The notes: a model not told the origin generated them from the letters alone. A DNA stretch of 64,000 bases from an uncultured Nitrospiraceae bacterium (GCA_963727775.1 CAVSHB010000001.1:1510199-1574198); one strand, 5' to 3'; counted from the stretch's first letter, positions 54,049-63,748 are shown. Numbers and translations are program-made.

Positions 54049-54645
54049 ATGATTCTTGACATGCACATTCACACTTCTTTTTCCCCATGCAGCGTGCTTA
54101 ATATTCCTACACTTTTAAAAAGAGCCCGGAAAGTCGGGTTGGATGGAATTTGCATTACTGATCATGACACAATGGCCTCACAAACCATCTTCAACAATAT
54201 AGATAATAACCAGGGAATCTGTATCATTATCGGCATGGAATATACAACAGTAAAAGGCGATTTCCTGGTTTTTGGCCCGAATGAATCCATACCAAAAGGA
54301 ATGGATGCAGAACGTCTTATCAAGTGGGTTAATAAAGAAGGCGGAGTGGTCATCCCTGCTCACCCATTCAGGAAAAGCAGGCCTACGGATTTGGGGGTCC
54401 TGTCATCAGTGAAAATCGTCGAAGTATTAAACGGCAGAAACCAACCATCTGAGAACGAATCATGTAAAATTTGGCTTGCTCAATATGGCAACGGTACAAG
54501 GCAGATTGGAGGCAGCGATGCCCATACCCCTGAAGAGATAGGTCGAATGGCTACTATATTCAATAAGAATATTTATGATGTCGAAGATTTTATCAATGAG
54601 CTTCATACCGGGAATTACACCCCAAGACAATTTCATTCCTTTTAA
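54049..54645 (+). CDS. PHP-domain phosphoesterase
   Basis: DMHIHT, ITDHD, GME, AHPFR, GGSDAH. Confidence 0.88.
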   Translation: MILDMHIHTSFSPCSVLNIPTLLKRARKVGLDGICITDHDTMASQTIFNNIDNNQGICIIIGMEYTTVKGDFLVFGPNESIPKGMDAERLIKWVNKEGGVVIPAHPFRKSRPTDLGVLSSVKIVEVLNGRNQPSENESCKIWLAQYGNGTRQIGGSDAHTPEEIGRMATIFNKNIYDVEDFINELHTGNYTPRQFHSF

Positions 54646-54655
54646 AGTAGCTAAA

Positions 54656-56536
54656 TTACCATTCGTGTAAAGCCTTTCTTATATCTCCAACTCTTTTTGT
54701 AATTCCATTTGAATCGAGATATTCGAGAAACTGAATGGCATACTTACCTGTAGTGGGAAAGGTATCTTTGAACTCTCTCATTGTCATTTCAGATTTTTCA
54801 CTGAAAAAGTTCTTCAGGTTCTCAATTGCTTTCCTGTAAACAGAAGCAGTTATATGGAGAGAATTATTAATTTTTACAAGACTCCCTTCCTTTACCATGA
54901 GTTTCAGCATATCCGACATATATTTCTGCTCCACTTCGAGAATCTTATATAATTCTTCAAAGCTTAACGGCCGGGTTCCTGCGTTGTCCAACAGTTCAAG
55001 AATCTTGCTTCGGATTGTCTCATCCTTCCCTGAGAAAGTCGCTCGAAATTGCACAAGCCTCACAATTTCTTTTTCCATAACAATTTCTTTTGATGACGAG
55101 AGCAGACAAGCAAAAACTTTGGGGTCAAGATTCAGTCGGGTCCGCAGTTCCTCCTTCTGAATGCCGTGCTTTAAGGGATTTTTTTCATGGAAATTCGCAA
55201 TCTCATGTTGCACGAGCTTACCGAAGGAATTTATATTCACCCTATGAAGCAGGATATCATCATACTGCCGAAGAATACCTTTTTCTATCAGCTCCCTTAT
55301 TGAATGGTTGATGGTTGTGACTTCTTCTTTAATCCAGCTCTGAATGAGAGAAAACTTAATACCCTGTATGCCGGCCCTTTTCACTTTCAACGCTATTTTG
55401 TCGGACAAAGTTCCGGAATCAAACAGTATTAAATCATCTAAACTTTTCTTATGACTCATCTTGTATGACGAAGGATCCAGCACTTCTCCGCCGCCAATAG
55501 TATCTAAAGGAGAAAATCTTCGTATAATGTATCTATCTCCGGACATTGCTATAACGGGATACTGGAGTCTGAACTGGCAGTAGCAATTCTCGCCGGCCCT
55601 CAGCTCATCTCTCCCGTAAAGGATAATTCTTGCTGTATTCTCGGACGTGCCTATATGGAAGTGAACAATGTCCCTGTTTTTCAGTATTTGAGAGTGTTTC
55701 AATAATTCCACTTTTGCGTCTATCATCGTGGCCGGTATAAACTCTGAGCGATTGACAACTGCATCTCCTCTTTGTAAGGCTTCTTTAACAACTCCCTGGA
55801 GATTGATCGCCACGCGTTGTCCCGCATACGCCGTCTGTATAGGTTTCCCATGGCTGTGGAGACCTCGTACTTTACTCCTTATTCCGCACGGAAGAATTTC
55901 AACATCGTCATCAACGGATATGCAACCGGATACGGCTGTGCCTGTTACGACAGTTCCAAACCCTTTTAAGGTAAACACCCTATCGATAGGGAGCCGGAAA
56001 AGACCTCCTGCCGGTTTCGATCCAACATTAATGGCTTTTTCTTTAATCTTTTCTTTTAAAAGCTCAATGTTGAACATTGATTTCGATGAGACACGGATAA
56101 TTTCAGCACCTTCAAGAAAGGTTCCTTTGACAAAGGTCCTTACATCGTCTTCAACGAGATCGAGCCACTCCTGCTCTACAAGGTCAACTTTTGTAATGGC
56201 GATGATACCCGATTTAATCTTGAGGAGATCGCAGATATAAAGGTGTTCACAGCTTTGAGGCATAATCGATTCGTCTGCGGCAATAACAAAGAGAACAAGG
56301 TCTATGCCGCCTGCGCCGGCAAGCATATTCCTTATTAGCCTCTCATGTCCCGGGACATCAACGATCCCGACCGTAAGTCCGTCGGAATATTTAAGATCGG
56401 CGAAACCGAGATCAATGGTAATCCCGCGCTCTTTTTCTTCCTTAAGCCTGTCGGGGTCTATTCCTGTCAGCGCCTTGACAAGTGCGCTTTTACCGTGATC
56501 AATATGTCCGGCGGTACCGAGAATTATATTTTGCAT
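54656..56536 (-). CDS. selB: SelB-family elongation factor (probable paralogue, SelB*)
   Basis: [37 protein letters not shown], winged-helix C-terminus [18 protein letters not shown]. Confidence 0.92.
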   Translation of the reverse strand: MQNIILGTAGHIDHGKSALVKALTGIDPDRLKEEKERGITIDLGFADLKYSDGLTVGIVDVPGHERLIRNMLAGAGGIDLVLFVIAADESIMPQSCEHLYICDLLKIKSGIIAITKVDLVEQEWLDLVEDDVRTFVKGTFLEGAEIIRVSSKSMFNIELLKEKIKEKAINVGSKPAGGLFRLPIDRVFTLKGFGTVVTGTAVSGCISVDDDVEILPCGIRSKVRGLHSHGKPIQTAYAGQRVAINLQGVVKEALQRGDAVVNRSEFIPATMIDAKVELLKHSQILKNRDIVHFHIGTSENTARIILYGRDELRAGENCYCQFRLQYPVIAMSGDRYIIRRFSPLDTIGGGEVLDPSSYKMSHKKSLDDLILFDSGTLSDKIALKVKRAGIQGIKFSLIQSWIKEEVTTINHSIRELIEKGILRQYDDILLHRVNINSFGKLVQHEIANFHEKNPLKHGIQKEELRTRLNLDPKVFACLLSSSKEIVMEKEIVRLVQFRATFSGKDETIRSKILELLDNAGTRPLSFEELYKILEVEQKYMSDMLKLMVKEGSLVKINNSLHITASVYRKAIENLKNFFSEKSEMTMREFKDTFPTTGKYAIQFLEYLDSNGITKRVGDIRKALHEW

Positions 56537-56566
56537 AGCAAATTGTAAATTGAGATAGTATAATTA

Positions 56567-56661
56567 TGGAGAGGGGTAGTGGGAATCGAACCCACCAATA
56601 ATCCTGTGAGGACATTTCGCTGGTTTTGCAGACCAGGCGGGGCCCAGCCCCGTTACCCCTC
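56567..56661 (-). tRNA. tRNA with Sec-type fold, GCA (Cys) anticodon and U73 (selC*-like), copy 2
   Basis: GAGGGGUA/UACCCCUC acceptor + UCCA; differs from copy 1 at 3 positions; 30 nt upstream of the selB ATG. Confidence 0.9.
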
Positions 56662-56814
56662 GTGTCTATTATCATATAGTTTATATGCATAAGTATAATA
56701 GATATTATCTATATTCATCCTGGTAATTATAGATCCAATTTGAAGCCTTCACGTCATCATTGATATGCACATGCATATTGCACTTTCACTGTCTGATGAT
56801 ATTAAATATCCAGT

Positions 56815-59388
56815 ATGTCTGAATTGACCCCATTGATGAAGCAATATTTCAGCATTAAAGAAAAATACAGAGACGCTATCGTCTTTTTCAGGCTCGGAGA
56901 CTTTTATGAGATGTTCGGGGAAGACGCCGAAAAGGCGTCAAAGATACTTCAGATCGCGCTGACCACAAGAGACAAATCAAAAGAAGACCCTATGCCCATG
57001 TGCGGAATCCCTTATTTCGCGTCTGAATCTTACATACTCAAACTGATCAAGGCAGGGTACAAGGTAGCGATCTGCGAGCAGATGGAAGACCCGGCAACGG
57101 CAAAAGGTATAGTTGAAAGGGACATTGTCAGGGTAATTACTCCTGGTACACATACTCCGGAAAATCCTAAAGAAAACTCTTATATCATTAGTTTGTTTCC
57201 TGCCGGAGATAAACACGGCATAGCGATAGCGGACATCTCCACAGGGGAATTCGTCGTATATGAGACAACCGAGAATATTGAAGACGAAATGTTCAGGTTT
57301 GAACCGAGGGAAATCCTAATCCCTCAGAGCGCTAAGAACAATATCCATTATAGAGAGGCCCTTAATGCGTTTTATATTTCTGTTTATGATGATTGGTTTT
57401 TTGATTATTCTGAAGCATACAAGATTTTATTAAAGCATCTAAAGGTATCGTCCCTTGAAGGATATGGCTGTGAAGGCATGAATGCCACCATCTCCGCCGC
57501 CGGGGCCCTGGTCAGTTACCTTGAAGACACACAGAAGGAAACGTTCATCCTCAAAAAAATATCTGCATTGCGCCTGGATTCTTTTATGTTTCTCGATGCG
57601 TCAACACAAAAAAACCTTGAGCTTACGCATAATCTCAAAGACGGTACAACTGAAGGGACTCTCTTGTGGGCACTTGATGAAACCCTCACTCCGATGGGAG
57701 GCAGGTTCCTTCGGTCATCCATCCTGAAACCTCTGGTTAATATAACTGAGATAAAAAACAGACTTGATTCAATCGAATATCTTTTGGAGGATTACGAGCT
57801 TCTTGAAGAGTTGAGGACATCCTTAAGAAAGATACAGGACCTCGAAAGGATTTCATCAAGGGTAAATGCAAAAAGCGCAAATGCAAGGGACCTCATTGCA
57901 ATAAAAACTTCGGCGCAGAACCTTCCAAAGATAAAAAAATCCCTTGTCCTTTCCAAAAACCCTTATTTACGCTCTGTCTCCGAGGAAATTTTCGAATTTT
58001 CTCATATTAAGGAATTGATAGGTCGGAGTATTATTGATGCGCCTCCGATAAGTCTCAGAGACGGCGGGATAATCAAGGACGGTTATAACGCCGAGATCGA
58101 TGAACTCAGGAATCTGTCCAAAAAAGGGAAAGACTTCATCGCTGAATTAGAGACTAAAGAAAAGCAAAGGACCGGCATATCCTCCCTGAAAGTCGGTTAT
58201 AACCGTGTCTTTGGTTACTATATCGAGATCACAAAATCGCACCTCCATATGGCGCCTGCTGACTATATACGGAAACAGACATTGGTTGGAGGAGAAAGAT
58301 TCATAACGCCCGAACTAAAAGAATACGAATCAAGGGTGCTCGGTTCCGAAGAGAGGCTGAAAAATCTTGAGTACCGGATTTTTCAGGACATACTTGAAGA
58401 TGTACAAAAGGAATCCGTTTTGCTGTCAAAAACATCGTCCGCCCTTGCAATTGCCGATTTTCTGACTTCTTTGGCCGTTGTCGCTAAGAGGAACAGCTAT
58501 GTTAAACCGGCTATCGATGAAAACGGCGAGATAGACATCGAAGATGGAAGGCACCCTGTTCTCGAAAGGATACCGTCAGCCGACAGGTTTATCCCTAATA
58601 ACACCTTTCTTGATACGGAAGATGACCGACTCCTTATAATCACCGGACCCAATATGGCCGGTAAATCCACATACATGAGGCAGGTCGCCCACATTGTTAT
58701 TATGGCGCAGATGGGAAGCTTTATCCCCGCTTCCCGCGCAAAGATTGGACTCACCGACAGAATATTCACAAGGATAGGCGCATCGGATTTCCTTGTAAAG
58801 GGACAGAGCACATTCATGGTCGAGATGATAGAGGTTGCAAACATCACCCATAATGCAACATCGAAGAGTCTCATTATCCTTGACGAGGTCGGCAGAGGGA
58901 CGAGCACATTCGACGGTATAAGCATTGCATGGGCTGTCGCGGAACATATTTTAAACACTATTAAAGCTAGGACTCTCTTTGCAACGCATTATAATGAACT
59001 TACAGAACTTGCGCTGACGAACGATGGGGTAAGGAATTATAACGTATCTGTAAAAGAATGGGGAGATGAGATAATCTTTTTAAGGAAGATTGAAAAAGGT
59101 CCTGCGGACAAGAGTTACGGTATACAGGTTGCAAGGCTTGCGGGTCTGCCTGACAATATCATAAACAGGGCAAAAGAAGTGCTTGCAAATCTTGAGAAAG
59201 AGGAGTTGAATGAAACAGGAAGTCCAAGGTTTGCCGACAAGAAATCAAAGAAAAGGAAAACCCAGCTCGATCTGTTCTCGTCCATGAGTGATTCCGTTAT
59301 CGCTGAAATAAGAAACCTCGATTTGAAAAAACTCACACCCGAAGAAGCGCTGATCAGGCTTATTGATATCAAGAAGAAGATAAGCTAA
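56815..59388 (+). CDS. mutS: DNA mismatch repair protein MutS
   Basis: TPLMKQY, GDFYEMF, TGPNMAGKSTY, DEVGRGTST, SYGIQVARLAGLP. Confidence 0.98.
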   Translation: MSELTPLMKQYFSIKEKYRDAIVFFRLGDFYEMFGEDAEKASKILQIALTTRDKSKEDPMPMCGIPYFASESYILKLIKAGYKVAICEQMEDPATAKGIVERDIVRVITPGTHTPENPKENSYIISLFPAGDKHGIAIADISTGEFVVYETTENIEDEMFRFEPREILIPQSAKNNIHYREALNAFYISVYDDWFFDYSEAYKILLKHLKVSSLEGYGCEGMNATISAAGALVSYLEDTQKETFILKKISALRLDSFMFLDASTQKNLELTHNLKDGTTEGTLLWALDETLTPMGGRFLRSSILKPLVNITEIKNRLDSIEYLLEDYELLEELRTSLRKIQDLERISSRVNAKSANARDLIAIKTSAQNLPKIKKSLVLSKNPYLRSVSEEIFEFSHIKELIGRSIIDAPPISLRDGGIIKDGYNAEIDELRNLSKKGKDFIAELETKEKQRTGISSLKVGYNRVFGYYIEITKSHLHMAPADYIRKQTLVGGERFITPELKEYESRVLGSEERLKNLEYRIFQDILEDVQKESVLLSKTSSALAIADFLTSLAVVAKRNSYVKPAIDENGEIDIEDGRHPVLERIPSADRFIPNNTFLDTEDDRLLIITGPNMAGKSTYMRQVAHIVIMAQMGSFIPASRAKIGLTDRIFTRIGASDFLVKGQSTFMVEMIEVANITHNATSKSLIILDEVGRGTSTFDGISIAWAVAEHILNTIKARTLFATHYNELTELALTNDGVRNYNVSVKEWGDEIIFLRKIEKGPADKSYGIQVARLAGLPDNIINRAKEVLANLEKEELNETGSPRFADKKSKKRKTQLDLFSSMSDSVIAEIRNLDLKKLTPEEALIRLIDIKKKIS

Positions 59389-59405
59389 TAAACCCCCCAT
59401 AGGAT

Positions 59406-59514
59406 GAGGCGGATATAGTATTTTCGCTCATTCTCGGCCTGACATACGTCATCCCTCCGAGGTAAATTTTTTCTTCGAAAGAATTTAAAACCGCTCAAAT
59501 ACTATATCCGCCTC
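59406..59514. repeat. 109-bp element bounded by a perfect 18-bp inverted repeat (MITE-like)
   Basis: GAGGCGGATATAGTATTT (59406-59423) / AAATACTATATCCGCCTC (59497-59514). Confidence 0.65.
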
Positions 59515-59524
59515 GTTATAATTA

Positions 59525-61147
59525 GAGTCTGTCCATAAATTATAACTATAGGAAACAAAAAGAGAAATGGTAAAATTGCAGAGGAAATAAGAAACGTGGA
59601 GGAAGCCTTGAAACTGTTGAAGGAACTGAAACTGCAATTTGAAAAAGAGCTGTGGGCCTTGAATCCGGAACTGGCTGTAATGGACACGATACTGAACCAG
59701 CATCCTGAGATATACGAAATAGTGAAGGATGACATAACCAAGGGCAAAGAAAGCAGCAGTCTCGGCAGGCAGGACATGCCGACAGTGGAACAGATAGTGA
59801 GGGCGGCGATATACAAAGAGATGAAAAACCTGACCTATCGTGAGCTTGAGCATGCGCAACATGATTCCAGGATGTGCGCGGTATTTATCAAACTTGACGA
59901 CCGGAAGCCGTTTTCCTTTGAGGCGTATCAGAAATACATATCCCGGATAAGCGGAGAAGCGCTGGATAAGGTGATGGTAGCGATCAATAAAACCGCAATA
60001 GGCGAAGGGCTTGAAGACGGCAAAAGCATACGGACCGACGGGACCGTAATAGAGACAAATATACATTATCCGACAAACAACTCATTGATATGGGACTGCA
60101 TCAAAACCATAGATCGACTATTGAAAAAACTGAAGGCCAGTGGAGTGGAGATCAAGGTACGGAGCTACAAGAAACAGGCTAAGAAGAACCATTACAAGAT
60201 CAATAACACCAAAGCTAAAGAGGAACGGGAAGAGGAATTCAAGAAACAACTGAAGCTGCTTCGCAGCAGCATCAACCAGGCAGAGAGGGCATTAACAGCA
60301 GAACTGCCCAAAACGATAGAAGGCTGGATAATTGCAGAGGCGGCAAGGAAAGAACTGAAAGACGTGTTGCCGAAGGCGGAGAAAGTATATGACATCTCCC
60401 GGCGACATGAGATCCTTGGGGAGGCTGTGCCGAACGAAGAGAAGATATTTTCGATCTATGAAGACCATACGGACATCATAGTGAAGGGGAGGAGAGAAGT
60501 AGAATTTGGACATAAGATAAACCTTGCGACAGGCCGTAGCAATCTGATACTTGATTGCAAGGTGCTGGAGGGCAACCCTGCCGACGCAACACTTTATGGG
60601 GCAGTGATAGATCGTCTCAAGGATAACTATAAGATAATCCCCCGTGATATGGTGACTGACGGCGGCTATGCCTCAAAGGACAATGCGAGGATAGCGCATG
60701 GGAAAGGGATCGTCAACATCGTCTTCAATAAGATAAAAGGGTCGCTTAAGAACATCGTCAGAAGCGCGAACATGGAAACGCGGCTGAAGAAATGGCGCAG
60801 CGGCATTGAAGCAGTTATCTCGAATCTGAAAAGGGGTTTTGAATTGTACCGGTGCGAATGGAAGACAAGGGCGCGATTTGATGCCAAGGTGTACTGGAAC
60901 GTGATTGTTTACAACATTCGTGTGATGACAGGAGCGCTCCTTGCGAAGATGCAAACGCAGATGCAATGAAGACAGGCGAAAGGCAGATCACAAAAGGAGC
61001 ATAAAGGGATATCCACGTCCGAAATCATGAAAAATATGACGACAGCATGCTTTTTGAAGTATAAGAACCACAATCCGAACAGGTGCCGGCACTGCCGGGA
61101 CAGTTTTCTGTTCGTAAATTAGGAAACGGTAGTTTATGGACAGACTC
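59525..61147 (+). mobile_element. IS element (IS5-like / ISNCY DDE)
   Basis: Perfect IR GAGTCTGTCCATAAA / TTTATGGACAGACTC flanked by TAATTA on both sides. Confidence 0.88.
59596..60969 (+). CDS. DDE transposase (IS5-like / ISNCY)
   Basis: RTDGTVIETNIHYPT, KIFSIYE.HT, EFGHK, DGGY, RSGIEAVISNLKR. Confidence 0.88.
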   Translation: MEEALKLLKELKLQFEKELWALNPELAVMDTILNQHPEIYEIVKDDITKGKESSSLGRQDMPTVEQIVRAAIYKEMKNLTYRELEHAQHDSRMCAVFIKLDDRKPFSFEAYQKYISRISGEALDKVMVAINKTAIGEGLEDGKSIRTDGTVIETNIHYPTNNSLIWDCIKTIDRLLKKLKASGVEIKVRSYKKQAKKNHYKINNTKAKEEREEEFKKQLKLLRSSINQAERALTAELPKTIEGWIIAEAARKELKDVLPKAEKVYDISRRHEILGEAVPNEEKIFSIYEDHTDIIVKGRREVEFGHKINLATGRSNLILDCKVLEGNPADATLYGAVIDRLKDNYKIIPRDMVTDGGYASKDNARIAHGKGIVNIVFNKIKGSLKNIVRSANMETRLKKWRSGIEAVISNLKRGFELYRCEWKTRARFDAKVYWNVIVYNIRVMTGALLAKMQTQMQ

Positions 61148-61467
61148 TAATTAGTGACATATGTAACTTTGCCTTCCTTGCTCTGGGCCAATTCCTGAAG
61201 TCTCGTCATTATATTAACTATGTGAAATGCATTGGCTATACTGTCATAGCTTAGCGGCTGCATTTCGATAGGATATACCCAGCAGTCCATCATGTCTCCC
61301 AATAATATCACTTCTTTTATTGAATCATCTCTAATCAACTATTCCATAAATTGCTCGAACATCCTGGCTTCATTTTTGTAGAACCAATCATAACAGCCTT
61401 GTGAATTTCCCAAACTCAACCCTGTACTCATATGACTGTCACTGACAAAGACTCTCTTAATAGACAT
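61148..61467 (-). pseudogene. Calcineurin-like metallophosphoesterase, N-terminal remnant
   Basis: MSIKRVFVSDSH..LLGDMMDCW; in-frame TAG at 61339-61341; cut by the IS where the GNH motif would be. Confidence 0.7.
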
Positions 61468-61639
61468 GCCATTTCTATTTCGAATATACGCTTAAATACC
61501 GTCAGCCCTGTTCCTGTCGCCAAAACTGCAGAGAGGCTGCCACAGAATGGCAGGGGAAAAGATAGCAGATATCTTGATACCGCGAATATGTTTGATCCGC
61601 CCCGGAATACGCACAGTGTGTTTGTCGCTAACGAATAAG

Positions 61640-61670
61640 CGTTATTCCGCTGCGAAGTTGCGGAATAACG
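61640..61670. repeat. 11-bp perfect hairpin, probably part of the IS91-like element end
   Basis: CGTTATTCCGC-N9-GCGGAATAACG. Confidence 0.6.
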
Positions 61671-61699
61671 TGTGGAGAACATCCTATAGTGCCTCCTGT

Positions 61700-62057
61700 C
61701 AAGACAAAAAACATCTGGGAAATTTACTTAAATATCAATGATCGTTATCCGAGATCTTGCAAGAACAATAGTCTGCCGTACGTCCATCTGGACGATAGTA
61801 TTTTTTCTCGACGCACTCTCTCACTACAATCGAACTTGATCTCTGATAGTTACGTTTATCCGACGTGTTCCGCATTGAGCGTACCGCCCATCATCCCTTA
61901 TCCAGACTCTCAAGTTCAGTGAGAGGCCCTATATTGTTCTCCACGAGGTCTTTCGCCTCAACTAAGCCAAGCTCGGGCTCTCTGCGTCTTGTTTTTGGGG
62001 CCTCCAGAACAGAAACGGCTTCACAGGAAGCCCTCAGTTAAGTTCTTTTGATGTGGC
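61700..62057 (-). ncRNA. Putative bridge/seek RNA of IS110 (ends not determined)
   Basis: Contains GGCTTAGTT-hairpin-GTGGAGAAC matching both insertion flanks. Confidence 0.75.
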
Positions 62058-63350
62058 CTATATTTGGATATCCCCCTTATTGAGATATTTTGGATCGAAT
62101 AGCTCCTTCTTTTTCATCAAGGTCCATGCGATAACCAAAAGCTTTGCGGCTATCTTTACACGCATCTTCGTACTAATTCCCTTTTCCCTCTGCCGACCTC
62201 TGAGCTTATTGGTGTAATAAATCGTAAAATCTTTGTTATGAAAGGAAGCGATTAGAGCAGCCTGATATAAGGCGTAGCGAAGATCGGCTTTCCCTTGTTT
62301 GGAGATTACCGGCGTTACGCTGTTTGAAGTCTTTCCGCTTCGCTCCGCGCAAAGGTCGAAACCAGCCATCTTCAGGACCTGCTTGTCGCTCGTAAAGCGA
62401 AAGGGATTACCTATCGCCCCGAGAACCTTTGATGAGACATCCGGCCCAAAGCCAGGGATACTCAAAAGGCATGGGTATTCCGGAAACTGTAGGCACATAT
62501 CCTCTATTTTATCTTCCACCTCTTTGATCGTCTCTCGCACCTGATTAAGCATGGATACCATCACCTTCGCCTCGAACGGCACTGCGTCTCCTACATAACA
62601 TCCAATGGAATCAGGGGCTATCTGCCAGATCGCCTGCAGCAGCTTTTGTTGGGCAATATTCATTCTGCTGAGGGCAACGTGCCTGCGGAATTCATCGAAT
62701 TCCATCCCGGCGATCACCGAGGGATTAAGACAGCGGCCGACTACGGCCAGGCTCACCGCTGGGCCGAAGTGGCGGTCCATTTCAGGGAAATACTGGGCCA
62801 GAAGCTGATTGCGGATGCGAACCCGGAGGCCATGTTCCTCTTTCTTGAGTCGTCTCTTTAAGGAAAGGAGATTCCTCAGATCCCGCATCTTCGGATCCGG
62901 ATATTCATAGAATAGGAATTTCCCTTGGGAAATGAGGTCGGCTACGTTAGAGGAATCCTTGGTGTCGTGCTTATCCCATCTGCCATCCAGAAGCGTGCGG
63001 TTGTTTTTTACTGCCGTCCCCGCTACCAAAACAACCATATGCCCACACTTAATAAGATGCTCTCCCAGAGGCTTATGGTAATTGGCTGTGGGCTCAAGAC
63101 CAAAGACCACCTTTGTAAGGTCATGCTGGACCTTAAGCGCTTCTGTCAGCGTCAGCAGTTTCTCGAATCCTTCAATCGTGTTGTCAAAGATCACTCCCTT
63201 GTGCAGCGTTTTGCCGTTAGCCGTGCCGAAAAAGGCATTGTGCTTCTCTTTAGCCACGTCGATGCCGATGATCAAATACTGATCGGAGCCACGTATCTCT
63301 TTCTTGACTTGTCGAAACTCCCTAAGTCTGATACCATCTACTTGTTCCAT
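62058..63350 (-). CDS. IS110-family DEDD recombinase/transposase
   Basis: GIDVAK, LEPT, KHDTKDS, SIPGFG, RSG, SKQG..LR. Confidence 0.93.
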   Translation of the reverse strand: MEQVDGIRLREFRQVKKEIRGSDQYLIIGIDVAKEKHNAFFGTANGKTLHKGVIFDNTIEGFEKLLTLTEALKVQHDLTKVVFGLEPTANYHKPLGEHLIKCGHMVVLVAGTAVKNNRTLLDGRWDKHDTKDSSNVADLISQGKFLFYEYPDPKMRDLRNLLSLKRRLKKEEHGLRVRIRNQLLAQYFPEMDRHFGPAVSLAVVGRCLNPSVIAGMEFDEFRRHVALSRMNIAQQKLLQAIWQIAPDSIGCYVGDAVPFEAKVMVSMLNQVRETIKEVEDKIEDMCLQFPEYPCLLSIPGFGPDVSSKVLGAIGNPFRFTSDKQVLKMAGFDLCAERSGKTSNSVTPVISKQGKADLRYALYQAALIASFHNKDFTIYYTNKLRGRQREKGISTKMRVKIAAKLLVIAWTLMKKKELFDPKYLNKGDIQI

Positions 63351-63748
63351 AGAAACCTCCTGTCAAAAGAATTTTGTTTCTCCATAAACTTATTCTTACA
63401 GGAGGTTTCTATTTTTTAATAGCTATAAAATTAGTCTCCCTTATGATTGAATGGGGAAGTTTGATCTTATGCCATTTCTATATATAACTAAGCCGGTGCG
63501 CCGGATATGGGGATTCGATTAATTCTCCCGGAACTTTTTCTATCGAAGAGGATATGGTTTATGGAGCATCTGTCTTATTTTGATCTGCATGAGATCATCC
63601 TGATACGAAAATTGAGGCTGAGATTGCGACCATTGCAGCTGGATAGTATCCCAAGGTCTGATTTCAGACAATAGGGGAGCATAGCGAAACAGGATGCTGT
63701 TTTCGCAGGTTGATAGAGCTATGATTTTTGAGCTATCGCCGGTGTGCA

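Larger units (their letters stand above)
61681..63488 (-). mobile_element. IS110-family element
   Basis: Shared AAC core at 61678-61680 and 63486-63488; TTGACA near the downstream end; ~375-bp non-coding end. Confidence 0.85.

Noticed and set aside
51565..56661. Calling the tRNAs canonical tRNA-Sec (selC)
   Set aside because: The anticodon is GCA, not UCA, and the discriminator is U, not G, in both copies
51565..56661. tRNA direct repeats as attL/attR of an integrated element
   Set aside because: Both are full length with homologous upstream DNA and a compensatory change; no integrase lies between them
56499..56690. 63-aa ORF upstream of selB
   Set aside because: It overlaps the tRNA gene and is spurious
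61339..61341. In-frame TAG as pyrrolysine or readthrough
   Set aside because: The gene is also truncated by an IS and no pyl genes are visible; simple decay is more likely
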